This document shows positions 1-13,419 of a stretch of DNA of 64,000 nucleotides, piece after piece; the first letter of the stretch is position 1, and each line of letters opens with the position of its first letter. A model generated the notes under the pieces. That model ran no database searches. It saw only the letters and a program-made list of their open reading frames with translations, and was not told the origin of the DNA. Location of the stretch: positions 31,250,001 to 31,314,000 of the forward strand of contig NC_087437.1 of the NCBI RefSeq assembly GCF_036321535.1, read 5' to 3'. The stretch comes from Camelus dromedarius. Lineage: Eukaryota. The position numbers and the translations under genes were made by a program.

Positions 1-800
1 CACGGGCTCTTCCTTCAAAATATACCCAGATTCCAACTGTTCCTCACCTCCACTGCTGCTACCATCCAACTCAAGCTCCCATCCCTCCAGGGGTTACCGC
101 CACACTCTCCTAACTGGTCCCACTGCTGCTGCCCTTACGTAGCCTACTTGCAACCCAGCAGCCAGAGGGATGCTTTTAAAGCTTAAGTCATTTCATGTCA
201 CTGTTCTGTGCAGAGCCCTCCAATGTCTCCCCATCCACTCAGAGTAAAAGCCTTACAGTGGTCCAGCAAAGCTCCCCTATACTTCCTGGCCGTCTTCGTT
301 CTCCTCACCTCTGTTCACTCTGCTCCTGCCATAGGGGCCCCTGGGTGTTCCTCACATGGACCAAGTCCCCTCGTGCTCCAGTGCCTTGTGCTTGCATCTC
401 CCTGCCTGTTCTTCCCCAGCCTTCCACGCGGCTCCCCCTTCACCGATTTCAGGTCTCATCTCTCAGAGGGTACCTCCGAGTGAGGTCTTCACAGCTCCCC
501 ATTTCATAGAGGGCCCCCACCCCCACTCCTCATCTCCCCTTCCCTGCTTCCTCTTTATTCCTGAAACTTATCACCATTTGACATTGCTAGCACTTGGTAT
601 GTGTGTAGGTGTGTACATATGTGCACACACACACACAAGCTTATATATAATTTGCTCAGTTTATTGTCAGCCTCTCCCCACTAGCGTATAAGCTCCACAA
701 GGGCAGGAATCTCTGTTTATCACTGCTGTAGCCCCTCTGCTCAGAATGGTGCTTGGCACAGAGAAGGTTCTGAATAAATGTTTTTGGAATAAGTAAGTGA
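1..800 (+). mobile_element. LINE-2 3' portion
   Basis: L2 3' end signature taagctccacaagggcagg...cactgctgtagcccc...tggcacagagaagg...aataaatgtttttggaat, preceded by pyrimidine-rich L2 body. Confidence 0.8.
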
Positions 801-804
801 ATTG

Positions 805-920
805 TTTATCCATATTCATTAAACAGATGTTATGAGCCCCGACCCTGTGCCAGGCACTGTTCCAGGAGATTGAAGTACTACAGTAAATAAAATAAAGATA
901 CTGTTTTTATGGAGCTTTAT
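805..920 (-). mobile_element. LINE-2 3' end fragment
   Basis: attcattaaacagatgtttatgagc...tgtgccaggcactgttc, the reverse-complement L2 tail. Confidence 0.65.
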
Positions 921-1239
921 CCATCTACCTATCATCTCTCTCTACCTGGACTTGTCTGTCCATCTATATCTGTATATTGACATCTACATGTACATCTATT
1001 CGTATCTGTCTGTCTGTCTCCCTGTTTAACACTGGAGGGTCATTTCCTATTTATGCTCTTCTGCACAATTTTCTAAATTGATGGGTGATTGCTATTGTAA
1101 TCACAGACAACTCTGTAGGTAGGAAAGAGGAGTGAAGGAACAGTCAAATGCAAAGGAAAACCTTAGCATCTATCCTGTGCTCATGTGAACTCGAACGTCT
1201 GATGAAGTATCAAACCTTTATATTCCTGCTGTTTTTGAA

Positions 1240-1470
1240 ACGGTGTGGCATCAAACTTAAGGGCAAGATTGCTGGGGACAAATTGTCTGGGTTTTAATCC
1301 TGACTAATTACATGACCTTAATTGAGCTCTCTCTGTAGTTCAGTTTCCTCATCTGAAAATTGGAAATATTATCTGCATCATACCTTGACGTGAGGATTGG
1401 GGTAATCCATGTAAAGTACTTACAAAAGCACAGGATGCAGAACTAATACTCGGCGATACGCACTATTACG
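1240..1470 (+). mobile_element. MIR SINE
   Basis: ctgggttttaatcctgact...cagtttcctcatctgaaaattgg...gtgaggatt...atgtaaagtactta core. Confidence 0.75.
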
Positions 1471-2296
1471 GGTTGCGTTGGCATTTGAGTTATTTCTATT
1501 ATCATTGAGTAAAGAGGGGGGAATATTTACTCTCCAGAGCATTTTATTTAATTATGCGCCTACTGTCTTCTAGGAAAAAAGTGCTATTTAGAATTTTACT
1601 CTCACACCAACTTTGAACAACTTCTTTGTGGTTATGTCTTCTGTTGGTAAATTCATTAGGAGCCAGACAACGATTCTGAGAGTGAGAGCAGTCCACTCTG
1701 AGAATTCCGGTTCTGGTCTCAAATCCGTCTCAGGTGTGGCCTGTGGAAGCTGATTTCTGGTCATGTGAGTCAAGAGTCAAGATATCGTCCCCTGAACTGC
1801 CACAGAAGAGCAGTGACAACAGATCTGTTTAACTGGCGCTCCAGTGTGAGTGCCTGGATGCCCGATGTGAGGTTAATTAGATTAACTAGAGAAACCATCA
1901 CCTTGTCTCAGAAAAATGAATTAATTTAGCCCCAGATCACATTGAAAATTTATAACACTAATGTGTATCAGGTAAAAATAGATAACTCTTTGGGAAACTT
2001 ATTTCAAATGCCACAGTTTAAGCGGTTATACCTTATCAGGTTCAACCTTGAAGATTTTAGTACTTTGGGTAATTACCCATTTGTTCATTTGTTTTTGCTT
2101 CTCTGACTGTATGTCCAGCCAAAACCAATTATATTATTAACTGAAGCTGTTTTCATCTAGCATTTTATCTGCTCATTTATGAATAATCCAGTTGAATCTG
2201 ATCAAGCATAGTGCTTAATGCAGGAGTAAGTGTTAAGACATCTGTGAATTCTACACTTCAACACTCATTTTTATCATAGTTAGAAATGTTTACAAG

Positions 2297-2756
2297 TGTA
2301 GGGGAGGAAAATTTTCCTTCTACGCTTTTCGGTTCTGTGGCTAGTCAAACAATAAAAATTGACTTAAGATAGATTATAAGAGAAAAAGTTATTTTTGTAC
2401 ATATGGCAGCCTATAAAAATATGAGACCCAAAGGCAGTCAGGCAATCTGAGGCTTCTGTGCCACCCTGAGCTAAGGGAAGGGTGAGGGGCCTGGGGCTTC
2501 AAAGGGGAGGAGGGTAAGTCACAGGAAGATAAGAAGAGCCAATGTTTGCTCACCCTGCTTTTAAGTCTTTCTGATAAAAATTCTCTCTGGTATTAGCTCC
2601 TTTTGGGGGCCAGACCCCCCCGTCTAAATTCTTTCAGACAGTCAAAGAAGAGGTAACAGTTTTTCCTGAATCTCCTGGGTCTTGATTCCCTTCAGCTCAA
2701 AATAATCCGTGTGCCATAGTGGCACATTTTAGGGTGGCATATTCTGGTACCCTTTG
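2297..2756 (-). mobile_element. Solo ERV1-class LTR (MER34/MER21-like terminus)
   Basis: Begins TGTAGGGG. The minus strand starts aaagggtaccagaatatgccaccctaaaatgtgccactatggca, typical of this LTR group. It is flanked by caag at 2293-2296 and 2757-2760 (4-bp TSD candidate). Confidence 0.75.
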
Positions 2757-3729
2757 CAAGGTAACTACGTGGAATGGTGCAGAATCTCAACAACAGCTCA
2801 TGTCCTTCAAGACTAGAATGCTCCAAGACAGGACTCACGACTCCACTTCCATTTCAACAGCTAAACACAAGTGACAAACTGCAAGTCCAGTGTGGTGGCC
2901 CAGGTGCGTTTTGCTTATACACTTGACATTTGAATGCTTATTTTCTGTCTGTTCTATGCAATACTTAGCACTCTCTCTAGCACTACCTGCTCAATTCTTG
3001 TATTGTTAAGAGTGATGGCCAGGGTAGCATGGCGAAGAGGGTACAGAATTATCAATCTGAAGGAAGTATCAGAGGCAATCTGTTCCCTTCCTCTGGCTTC
3101 AGGCTGAGTTGGACAATTAAGAGTCTAAACTTGCATGGTCCTTTACCCTCTTCTGAGCAATTGAGATGTTTTTGTGATAAATGAGTTGTATTTGAACACC
3201 AGGGTAGAGTGCTTAGTTCTAGTTAAGCTAAGTCCATTTTTCATATCAGCAGTTCTCCCCTCAGACCTCAGCTGAGCATGAAACCATGTCCTTTGATGAA
3301 TATCAAATGATCATCAGCTCATGACCACATGCATTAGGAATTAATCTGGCGTAGGTGCCCCTCAGCACAGAAATGAGGATGCCTTTGTGTGGTTTAAAGC
3401 AGAGACACAAATAAACACAGCCTCTGAATGGGAAAAAGAGGCAATGTTCAAACATCTAAAGTATTAAAAGTATCTTTATACTTGACTGTCAGGGAAGGGG
3501 GTGTCCAAGGAGAGGTCATAGGAAGGATGACATGCAGGAAGGAAGTAAAATCAAAACTAAATATCAAACACAATCCATCAGTGGTGAGAATGTGGATTGT
3601 CCTTTCTCAAAATGAACAGTAAGAGTTACGTGAGGGAATTAGATCAGAGCTGAGAAAAGGAAGAGGAAATTCAGGCTTTTTCTAGTGTTTGTTGTCCCAG
3701 AAACAGGGAGCTTGCTCCAAATCCAGGCT

Positions 3730-3965
3730 GTGTAGTAAGAGTTAAGAGCAGGGCTGTGAACTAACATGTCCTGGGTTCATATCCTGCCTCTATCAATTAC
3801 TTGCTCTGTGATGCCCATCAATTTGCCAAAGTTCTTGGTTTCTCATTTATTAAATGGTAAAAATGGAGTCAGTGGTAGCAGTGGTACCTATTTCTTAAGA
3901 CGGTTGTGATGCTAAATGACAGAACGTGTGTCAGGTGTCTGGTATGTAAATAGTGTCAAAAACTA
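3730..3965 (+). mobile_element. MIR SINE
   Basis: gttaagagcagggct...cctgggttcatatcctgcctcta...tttctcatttattaaatgg. Confidence 0.7.
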
Positions 3966-6412
3966 TTTGTATAGAGTAGAACAGGAGACATAAAGGGCAA
4001 GAGGCTCCTCTTCCTCCTGACCTAAGGAAGATGCTAAGTGCCATTAAACTTCCCTTAGCCCCACAAAGTGTCAGTAGTATTATTAAGGCACTTTTAATGC
4101 CCCCAAATTCTCCCTTTCTGAGACAGCTCTCCTAGTTGGCACCCCTTCCCCGTGTTCGCTCTGACGCACCAGTACTTTTTCTACAATTGTTATCATAGCG
4201 ACTGCATGCTTCCGCACTTGGATATTTTCTTTTTATCTTCTTTTGAGTCTAGGCTTCTGCCAGGCCATGCCTTGTGCCCTTTCTCTGTTGGGATTTGGGG
4301 AGGGCCTTGGGGGCCAGGACACATCAAACCGTTTTGTCAGGAAAAGCCTGAGCCTTTCCATCTTGAATTTCTCCTTCTCATTGCACACGATCTTGCAAAG
4401 CCTTTGGCCTCAGCCTCACCCTTCCCAAAATGAATTAAAATAGACAAGGTCCTAACCTCTCAGAGTTTACAACTGCATACAATCCAAACGGATACAGACC
4501 AGACATGACCCAGGCAAACACATTTTGAAAAATTGCAGGAATTAAATTGTTTGTGCGGACTGGGAGGGTGTGAGGGGTGAACACACTTCTGGCTCGGCCG
4601 GGTGGGCTCACTGTTCAGAAAGACTGGGACAGAAGGGGAACTCGCGCCTCCCCCCAGCTTTTCTCTTTCTCTCTATCGAGCACTTAGTATTTTGTTCCCT
4701 ACTTGGCCCTCGACATAAAAGTTAATGAAAGATGGTAGATGTTCTTGGCTCTCAAATGTTGACAAAAATTATTATAACTGATGTACAAACAGCACAGTGT
4801 GTGCAACATGCGTGCAATATGGCATTTTGATGAAAACTGAAGATGGAAAATAGTCAACATTTATGGCCTACAGTTTCTCTTTTGAGACTGTCTGTTCCGT
4901 CCTTCCTTCTATTGTGTTTAAAACAAATGGCAGGGTGAAAAGAGGGCGAATTTTGAGCAGAAACTGAAAGTGTAGAAGGACAATGCTAGAGGATGGTAGA
5001 GGGAGGAAACCTGGACTGATGTATTTAGTCACTGATTTGTGGTTTGTCCCCTCTGCTGAAACAGGAGCTCCTTAACAGTAGGGATGCTGGCTGCCTTGTT
5101 CAAATTCCCTGTACCTGGAAGAGGGCTGGTCCACAGTAAGTGCTCAGTAGACATATATTAAGAAAGAAGAACATAGAGAAGGGAATTTTGACCTGAGGTC
5201 GTGGGGTTGGTGAAGTAGGACATGATGGTTCCAGCGGGAATGGCAAGTACACCAGAGGAACACCCAGCTCTCAACAGCCATAGTATCTCCTACGGTCGTT
5301 TGAGGGAGAACTCTGAATCGGGAATTGAGAATTCCAAGTATCCGGTTCCTTAAATTAACAGGAGGAACACTCCAGAGCCTGCAGCAAAGACGGCTGCCCT
5401 GCCACCTGAGCCCACATTTAGAGCTATGATTTGGAAACATTACCCAGTCAAAGGGGAATCCAGTATCTCTGCATCTTAGTTTTGTTTTATTAACATTTAA
5501 ACAGGAAACTACTTAGCTCACTGTGAACTCTCATGCAGCATATAGGTTGTGTGTGTCTCATTTTAAAGTTTTACTGCATTTGCATGTAAACCACATAGCT
5601 CTCAAAAATAGTATTATGTAGCTACTGAGAATAAGCGTATAGTTAACAGAAGGAAAGGACCCAGTCCCTGGAGAATTGCAGGAAACCTGCGAGAGAAACA
5701 GAGTCATAATTGTGTCATTGTGGCTAATCCGATACCTGGCCAGGTTGATTAGATTCTTAAATTTAAATGGAAAAACTTCAGAAACTTCTGTAGTTCATAG
5801 AAGTCCTTTGCATGAATGATAAGTACCCTTAACAATCCCCCTCCCTGGTAAGCGGCATCTCAGACGCACCTGACTACCGTGACACAAATCTATTTATAAA
5901 AGAAGCTGTCTGGAGAATATGAAAAATCAATCATCCCTCAAAAAATCGATAATTCAAAAATTGCAGCTGGTGCTGTTTTAGTAGTTGGCAGTTTTGAGGA
6001 GACTCTTCATTTTGCTTAACAAGTTGCCAAAGGGAAATGACACAACACCATGAAGGGATAAGTGGGACCCAGTGTTTAACCCTCCACCACCCAACCTCCA
6101 ACACTGCAGACAGATAAACCAGAAGTGCAAAGGGGCTCTGTCATAATTCGTTTACAAAGCTAGGCGGTCTTTCTTCCCCCATTTCTTGAAGTTTAAAGTT
6201 CTTTCAGCAAAAAAATGAATGAAACGAAATTTTCGGCAGCAAAATTTCCCTTTCCCTACCCTGAGCCCCAGGGCTCCACAATTCTCCTTTCCTCATCAAA
6301 ACTCCTTCAAGGTTGTGATTGTATGTTTGCTTGGTTAGTTACACCTAAGCTCTGAATGTGAAATGAAAGGCTGTAGGATGGATGTGTATCATGAAAAAAG
6401 ATGGGCTAGAAG

Positions 6413-6628
6413 CAGGGTAAGTTTCCAAATTTAGCGAATAAAACCACAATTGCCTAGTTAAATTTGGATCTCAGATAAATTTGGATCTTTAGATAAATCA
6501 CCGATAAGTTTTCAGTATAAACATCCTCTGTGTAATACTTTGGACAAACTTATATTTAAAAAAAATTATCTGTTGTTTGTCTGAAATTCAAGTTTAACCA
6601 GGAATCCTGTATTTTATCTGGCAACCTT
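6413..6628. mobile_element. MER53-like palindromic hAT MITE
   Basis: Ends in ...tcctgtattttatctggcaacctt. Internal inverted arms gttaaatttggatctcagataaa / tttgtctgaaattcaagtttaac. Confidence 0.8.
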
Positions 6629-7109
6629 GGAAGGAGCAGTGCCCTGTGCCCCTGAAATCTCAAGGAGTCAATCTGTACATAAAGTGAACATGGTGAGCCA
6701 CCCAAAGAGGGTCAGAGTGTCTTCTGATGAAGACCCTCTGTTGTCTTCTACTCTTGCTTGTTGTTTGGAAAGAGCTTCACCCTTTGCTTGTTTATGTTTA
6801 TTTGCAAATAAAGTAGGAAAGCAGCTCGATGAGTGGAAAGGGCACCCTTCCTGGCACCAACACGTCCTGGCTGCAGGTCCCACTCTGACGTCTATTTGCA
6901 GTGTCACTTCAGACTAATTAACCTATACTGTTCTGCACAACTCCCAGGTAGGAGTGAGAATTAAAAGGGAAGATAAAACTGCTAACACAATGTCTAGTAC
7001 ACAAAACGGTGCAGAATTTTCCCCTTAGCAAAGGAAATGCAGAAATAATTACATCCCCAAACTTCTTGGTAAAGCATCGATGGATAGTTTTTCTCACTAC
7101 AATTTTGTT

Positions 7110-7670
7110 TCTTTCATTAATATTTCTATTGATATATAACTTACATGTGATAAAGTGCATATATATTCAATGCACAACTTGATAAATCTTTTCATCTGTA
7201 GACACTCCTGGAACACAGGCAGGTCAAGACCTAATAACGTCTCCATCTCCCCAGATGCTTCCCTCATACCTCTTCCCAGTCAATACCACCTCCCCAGAGG
7301 TAACCGCTATTCTGATTTCCACTGCCATGTATTAGTTTTCCTTGTTCTGAAAGTTCACATAAATGAAATCAAACAGAATGTAGCCTTTCGGGTCTGGCTT
7401 CTTTTGCATCATATTGCAGGTCTGAGATTCATCCGTGCTGTTGTGTATGTCAATGGTTTGATCTTTTTCATTCCCGGATGACATTCCATTATATACCATG
7501 GTTTACTTATCCATTTTATTGTTGATGGACATTAGGGTTGTTTGCAATGAGTTATTATTTAAAAGCCACCATGAACATTCTTGTTCATATATTTTTGTGA
7601 GCAGATGTATTCATTTCTCTAACATAAATCGTAGTAGCATCGCTGGGGCAGAAGATATCTGTGTGCTCAT
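7110..7670 (-). mobile_element. Old L1M (L1MC/ME-like) 3' UTR fragment
   Basis: ccagaggtaaccgctattctgatttc...ggtctggcttcttttgcatc...tgagattcatccgtgctgttgtgt...tatccattttattgttgatggacatt. Confidence 0.75.
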
Positions 7671-8623
7671 TCTCTCCAGCTCCAGGTGGAACAGAAATGC
7701 ACAGCTTGCATTGTAAACCTACAAAAAAAAAATTTTTTTTGAGAGGCTGGTAGGGAAGAATTAAATAATAAACGGAAAAAGGAAGAAACTGCTAGCCCAG
7801 CTCCTTCTCCAAACCTCACCAAATGAGGATGTGTGCTTTAAACTCACATCTCATTGTAGGAGAAGCCCCTGGGTTTACAGGGAGAGCTTCTTTGACACAG
7901 TTCAGAAAACAGAATCCACAGAGACTCTTGGACCTTATACACTCAGTCATAGAGAACTGATGTAGTTAAGTTTAAACAAATATTTAAGGGGAAAAATGGT
8001 AGTTTTGTCCTACATAAAATTTATGTTCAAACTTTCACATTCATTTGTCTTACATTATCTTAATGTTTTTGTCAGTTCTCACATTGTTCCATCACATCAT
8101 AGCAGATTAACTCTTAGAAATAAAAAAAAAAATTACAGACAAGTCAGGTTTTAAAGGCCAAAGATATGCTAAATATCAATAAGGCTGTTTGCACTTAAAA
8201 CTAAAGTTTTCAGAAACAGGGACAATAGAATGATTTCACTTTGAATTCCCTCAGGCAGTCTGTGCCTCTTACAGAAATTTCCCAGTATAGAGGTAAAACT
8301 ACCCCCTCCGTTCGGACAGCCAGTGCTGCGGAATTTTGACGCTAGGAGAGCAGGAGGAGTTGACCTTGAGCTGGATCAACACCTACACTCTTCCTCCTCT
8401 GAGGTCAGTACTGATCCTCACAGGTCAGGGCTGTTGGAGCTACTCAGGGAAGGAGGCTTATGGGACAAGGTCAGGGAGAAAAGCAAAGACCAAAACAAGA
8501 GGTCTTTGAAATACAGCTTCAAAAAGTTAACAGTGGGGTTGTGAAGTAAAATAATTTGTAAGTTATCATGAAATGTATTATTTCTGCCTGAAAATATTTT
8601 TTGAAATATATGATTTTTGAAAA

Positions 8624-8980
8624 TTTTTATTGAAGAATAGTTGATTTACAATATTATATTACTTTCAGGTGTATAGCAAAGTACGTCAGATACACATACA
8701 TTCTTTTTTTTTTTCAATTCTTTTCCATTATAGGTGATTACAAGATCTTGAATATAGTTCCCTGTGCTATACAGCAAATCCTTCTTGTTTATCTGTTTTA
8801 TATATGGTAATGCATATCTGCTAATCCCATACTGCTGATTTATCCCTTCCCCCACACGTTTGGTAACCATAAGTTTGTTTACTATGTCTGTGAGTCTGTT
8901 TCTGTTTTATAAGTAAGTTCATTTCTGCTACATTTTAGATTCCACATAAAAGTGCTATCATACAATATTTATCTTTCTCT
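8624..8980 (-). mobile_element. Lineage L1 3' end (cetartiodactyl-type)
   Basis: tttttattgaagaatagttgatttacaatatt...ttgaatatagttccctgtgctatacag...tttggtaaccataagtttgttt...tttagattccaca. Confidence 0.85.
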
Positions 8981-9284
8981 CTTTTTAGCACTGAAATAAT
9001 CAGTAATACCAAAAGCTCAGTGCCAGGATTATAAAATTAAGCACTCCAAGGACGTGTTTTTAATGCCACAGGGCACTAAGAAGGATGAGGGCTCTGGAAT
9101 GGTATTTGTTCATTCAGAATCCTTCTAGCAGAAACCGATGTACAGGACTGAACCAGGTCACTGGAAAGGGAGGGAGACCAGAGACAAAAGAAGCTGAGGG
9201 TCGATCCCTGACCTCTAGGGTTGAGGAATTAAAGCCTTCCCTGAATTGTGCCTCTCCCACCATCCCCCTCAAGGAGTCAAGGAA

Positions 9285-9460
9285 ATTGGTTAGAGAGCAA
9301 TATGGCCCTGGGAGGCAGCAGACCTGGGTTCAAATCTCAGCCTTGCCACTTACCAGCTCTGTGACTTTGCAAAGATTAACCGCTTGAGCTCCAGTTTCCT
9401 TATCTGAAAAACCTGAGATCTACAGTGGTCACCACAGGATGCCTGTGAGGGTCAAGTCAA
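9285..9460 (+). mobile_element. MIR SINE
   Basis: cagacctgggttcaaatctcagccttgccacttaccagctctgtgactttg...cagtttccttatctgaaaa. Confidence 0.8.
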
Positions 9461-9723
9461 ATAGGGAGGTTCGTTCAGCAAAGGTTGGTTCCTTTCCCCT
9501 CCCAGCCCCTGCCCTCCCCCATTCTGCTCCTCTGCTGAAATTCCCTGAGCCGGTCAATACTCCCATCTTCCTCTGGAGATCGTCTCGCCTGCTGACACTG
9601 TTTTTTCACTTCCCGAGACGTGATTCCACTTAGAGAAAAATAAGATACCTCAGACAAGGGTCTACAACAGCTTTTGGAAAATAACAGAAATGCAATTTGT
9701 TTGTTTGTTTGTTTTTGATTCTT

Positions 9724-9875
9724 ATTTTTTATTGACGTGTAGTCTATTTAAAATGTTAGTCTCATGTGTACAGCAAAGCAATTCAATTATACAGACAGAC
9801 ATGTGTGTGTGTGTGTGTGTGTGTGTTTCAGAATCTTTTCCGTTATAGCTCATTACAAGAAATTGAAGTACAGTT
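9724..9875 (-). mobile_element. Short L1 3' end containing a (TG)n tract at about 9802-9826
   Basis: ttttttattgacgtgtagtc...gtgtacagcaaagcaattc...cttttccgttatagctcattacaaga. Confidence 0.75.
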
Positions 9876-10469
9876 TGAAAGATGGGTATTCATGGTAGAT
9901 TTTTTCCCCCTGTGATAAATAAACCAGGGGAACCAGGGTTTAAATGAATTGCGATGTGAATCAATTTTAGTAAAACCCAATTTTCATAGTATTTTGCATA
10001 TAATAAATACTCAGTATAACCAATAGCTGTTGAAATGAATTATAATGGTCATTTCTTTTTCTGCATGCGATGTTAACAGAGTCCAAGTCAATTTTTTTCA
10101 CAGAAACTATCCTTCACAACCAGAAGGCAATGAAACAAAAAATAGTGAACCTTTAAAACTTTGCTCCTTAGAGAATACTCAAAATGGTCTCAAACTGATT
10201 TTACTGCAGCAGAGTATTGACAAAACCTTGTGATTGTTTCTTTTTTTTCATTCGTTAAACAAATGTTCATCGACCATCTATGCGAGACCAGGCACAGGGT
10301 TTAAGATGTATTACTTGCAGCATCTCTGTCCTGGAGGACCTCATTGGTCTCCAGCAAGCCAGAGACTTACAGTTACTTATTACAATAATAAAATGTGAAA
10401 AGGGAGATTAACAATTGGTGACAACACACAGTCCTCCCTCAAGTTTTACCTCTCTTACAAATCTTCAAT

Positions 10470-10485
10470 CTGCCAGAGGGCAGCA
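10470..10485 (+). promoter_or_regulatory. Candidate CTCF core motif
   Basis: CTGCCAGAGGGCAGCA, one deviation from the core consensus. Motif match only. Confidence 0.25.
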
Positions 10486-11494
10486 CATGCCGGGCACGTC
10501 GTGAACGTTTAATAAGTGCTTGTGGGCTGAATGCATATTAGCAGAAAGGGGAATATTTTATTATAAAATTTATTATAAAGGGCAGCAGCTGACCAGTTAG
10601 TAGCTTCCTAACTTGGAAAACACAGGCAGTTCTGAGCTTCTAGTCTAAACGGAAGATTTCAAGGCAGCTGAGCAGCTGAAACTGTCTTCTTTTGTTATTT
10701 CAACGCAACAGAACAGGGCAAATCCTCAAAGCAATTTTTTCTACTGAAAAACAATTACAGTTGGGTGGGGGAAGAACACCAAAAAAGCCTTGGAAATTTC
10801 CTGAGAGCCAGGGTATGTGAAACCTGGTCAGATTAAATCGCCCTTGCTGCAGCCAATCCTTAAATGGAGAGCTTAATCTTACTTTTATTTTCCACAAATA
10901 ATAATTTGGAGAGGCTTCAGGAAGTAAGAGTCAAAGCCTCTCTGAGTTCAAGGGAGACCTTGGAGTTCAAGGGTAAGAGCAATAAGAAGAAATACAAAAA
11001 TGAAGGTTACAAAACTAAAGTGCTTTTAAACCTTTCTATCCCATAAATCCACCCTTTTAACATGAAATGTAAAGTGTAAAATAATTGTCACAGAACAACA
11101 AAATAATTTATGCTAAAAAAACACACTCTAAGTTTTTAAGATGAGCTCTGTTGTCAGGCTGTGTGATGAGATCATTTATTTCCACCTTGTCTACGTCTCT
11201 CTGAGACTTCATGTTTGGCCGCGGTAAGAGGAATGTCAAAGGTCTAAATATGAGGCCGTTCATGGTCAGCAGGCCTGGAGCAAGTGGCCTTTCCAGGCCC
11301 CACTGGGATAGCCTTGGCAAGCAAAAACAAAAGTGACTTAACATACCTCAGGTACTGATCGGAGGAGGGTTCTTAAAGTCTTTGTCTTATCTGTGCAGGC
11401 CAGGCAAGGGACAGGCTCCCCAGCTGTGGCTGTCCTGTGTGAAAACGGAGTATGTCATTAAAGACTGGGAGAAGGAAGAAGTTAAGAGGAGCCA

Positions 11495-11790
11495 ATGGCC
11501 TGGGGTAGACTCCTGGCTCTGCTTTCACTGGGCAAGTTACCCAATCTTGATACTTCAGTTTCTTCACCTGTAAATGGGGGAGATAATTTAACAGTACCTA
11601 CCTTATAGAGCTGTTGTGAACATTGGATGATTTAGGTCTTAAAGGTTACTCACCAATAGGCAGTGACCAGATGCTAACCAGCTGTGTGGCCTTAGGAAAC
11701 TCACTTAACCTCTCTGAGCTTCAGTTTCTCAAAGAACAGGGTTGGATGAGTATCTGAGAACCTTCCTATTCTTCAACTCTTGATTCTGTG
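11495..11790 (+). mobile_element. Two adjacent MIR/MIR3 fragments
   Basis: cagtttcttcacctgtaaatgggg...gtacctaccttatag, and tgtgtggccttaggaaactcacttaacctctctgagcttcagtttc. Confidence 0.7.
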
Positions 11791-12234
11791 ACTCTGCTGG
11801 GAACATGCTGCCTTAAAGTAGAAAGAGAAATATAGGGATGGAGGAATGAAAGACTAACTTCTGTCTCCTCTCTGCACTAAATTTTGGCCATGAACTCCTG
11901 AGTTAGCTGAGCATTTAAACCTCACTTGGAGGACATTTTACTTGTCTTGGGAAGCTTGATTTGTTTATGACAGTTTGCAAATAGCAAGCGTTTATTTGTC
12001 AAACAGCATTTTTTAGAAGGTACACCAGTAATGAGGTTTAATTCTTAACACTAGGTAGTTCCTGTCCAAAAGCTTTCTGTGGGGAAAACGACAGCAGAGG
12101 TATCAGCCTTTATGGCCCATGGGGTAGAGAACTGCAAGCAGGACTCCATCAGCGGCAAGCCCTCAGCATCAGTGAGTCTCGGAGCCCGTGGTCCTTTGCC
12201 TTTCCCACTGGGGACGGGCGGCAGAGGGCAGCGG

Positions 12235-12450
12235 TGAGTGGCACGGACTTCAGCCCTGTTGAGACAGACGTGGGTGCCACACCTGGCTCTGCCACTTACA
12301 CCTGTTTGACTTGGCCAAGTTACTCAACTTTCCTGTGCCTTTTCTTTATGTATAAAGTGGGGGTATTAACGATACCTACTTCAATACCTTGTTGTAAAGG
12401 TTAGATTTTTTTTTAATGCAGTTTAAGTTAAGTGCTCAGTAAAAGTGAGC
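12235..12450 (+). mobile_element. MIR SINE
   Basis: cctggctctgccacttac...gacttggccaagttactcaactttcctgtgcct...tataaagtgggg. Confidence 0.7.
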
Positions 12451-13419
12451 TCTCATGATAGGCAACATAAATTTAAAATGTTAAGCCGACGTCACTCCTG
12501 TGATATAAATGTACAAGGGCTATACTCAACGTGTAAGTCTCCCTTACTCCTCCCTTTATTGACCATTGCACTGATGTAGTTTCATTTGGTTTTGTGTTCA
12601 GAATAGGTCACTTAAGACAAAATAATAATAAAGTAACAGTGCATTGCATTAGACCTTCACACTTTACAAAGCAATGTTGCATGCATTGTCTCCCCTATTC
12701 CACAACCCAGATTTCTTCTAACACAAAAAGTAACTCTAGTTTCACAGGGCTGATGAGCAGCAGAATAAGGAATAAAATGCACTTTTTATGACTCTCTGTT
12801 CCTTGCAGAAGCTACAACTCTCCTTTGTAGCATTTACTAAGCCCATCCGTATGCAGCCTCTCATTCCAAGCTGCTTCCATGATGGAAACTGGGCTGGTGT
12901 TACTGCTTCTAATCATTAGGTGGGGAAAATGATGCTCCAAGAAGTTAAATGACTTGAGGAACGTCATGCGGCTGGTGAGGGGCAGAGATAAGACCAGAAC
13001 CTGTTTGTTGTCTGGTGACACGAACCAAAATATAATTAAGCAATTCAAAATAAGTGTTATAATTCTTTTAAAAATGAATTATAAGGTATTATGGCATCCC
13101 AGAGGCAAAAGAAAATAAATTATGTGTGTGTGCTGTATATGTGCAGGTATGTGTTCCCCAGGGAAGGATTCCCAGCAGAAGTAATGCTTGAATTGATATT
13201 TGAAGGAAAAACAGGCAGCATAGTAGGCACTTGAAGGAAAAGATGATAGTGGGGAAACCTTGTGCAAAAGGACAGAAATTCAAAGTAACTTTGCCGGGAT
13301 GGCAGGAAATTCTGTGTGCCTCGAGTTCGGTGTCTTACATGCTGGGGAGGCTTTCATTTATGCTTTTAATAGTTCTTTATTGAGCATCTATTATGTGTGG
13401 GGCTCTGTAAGCTTGGGGT

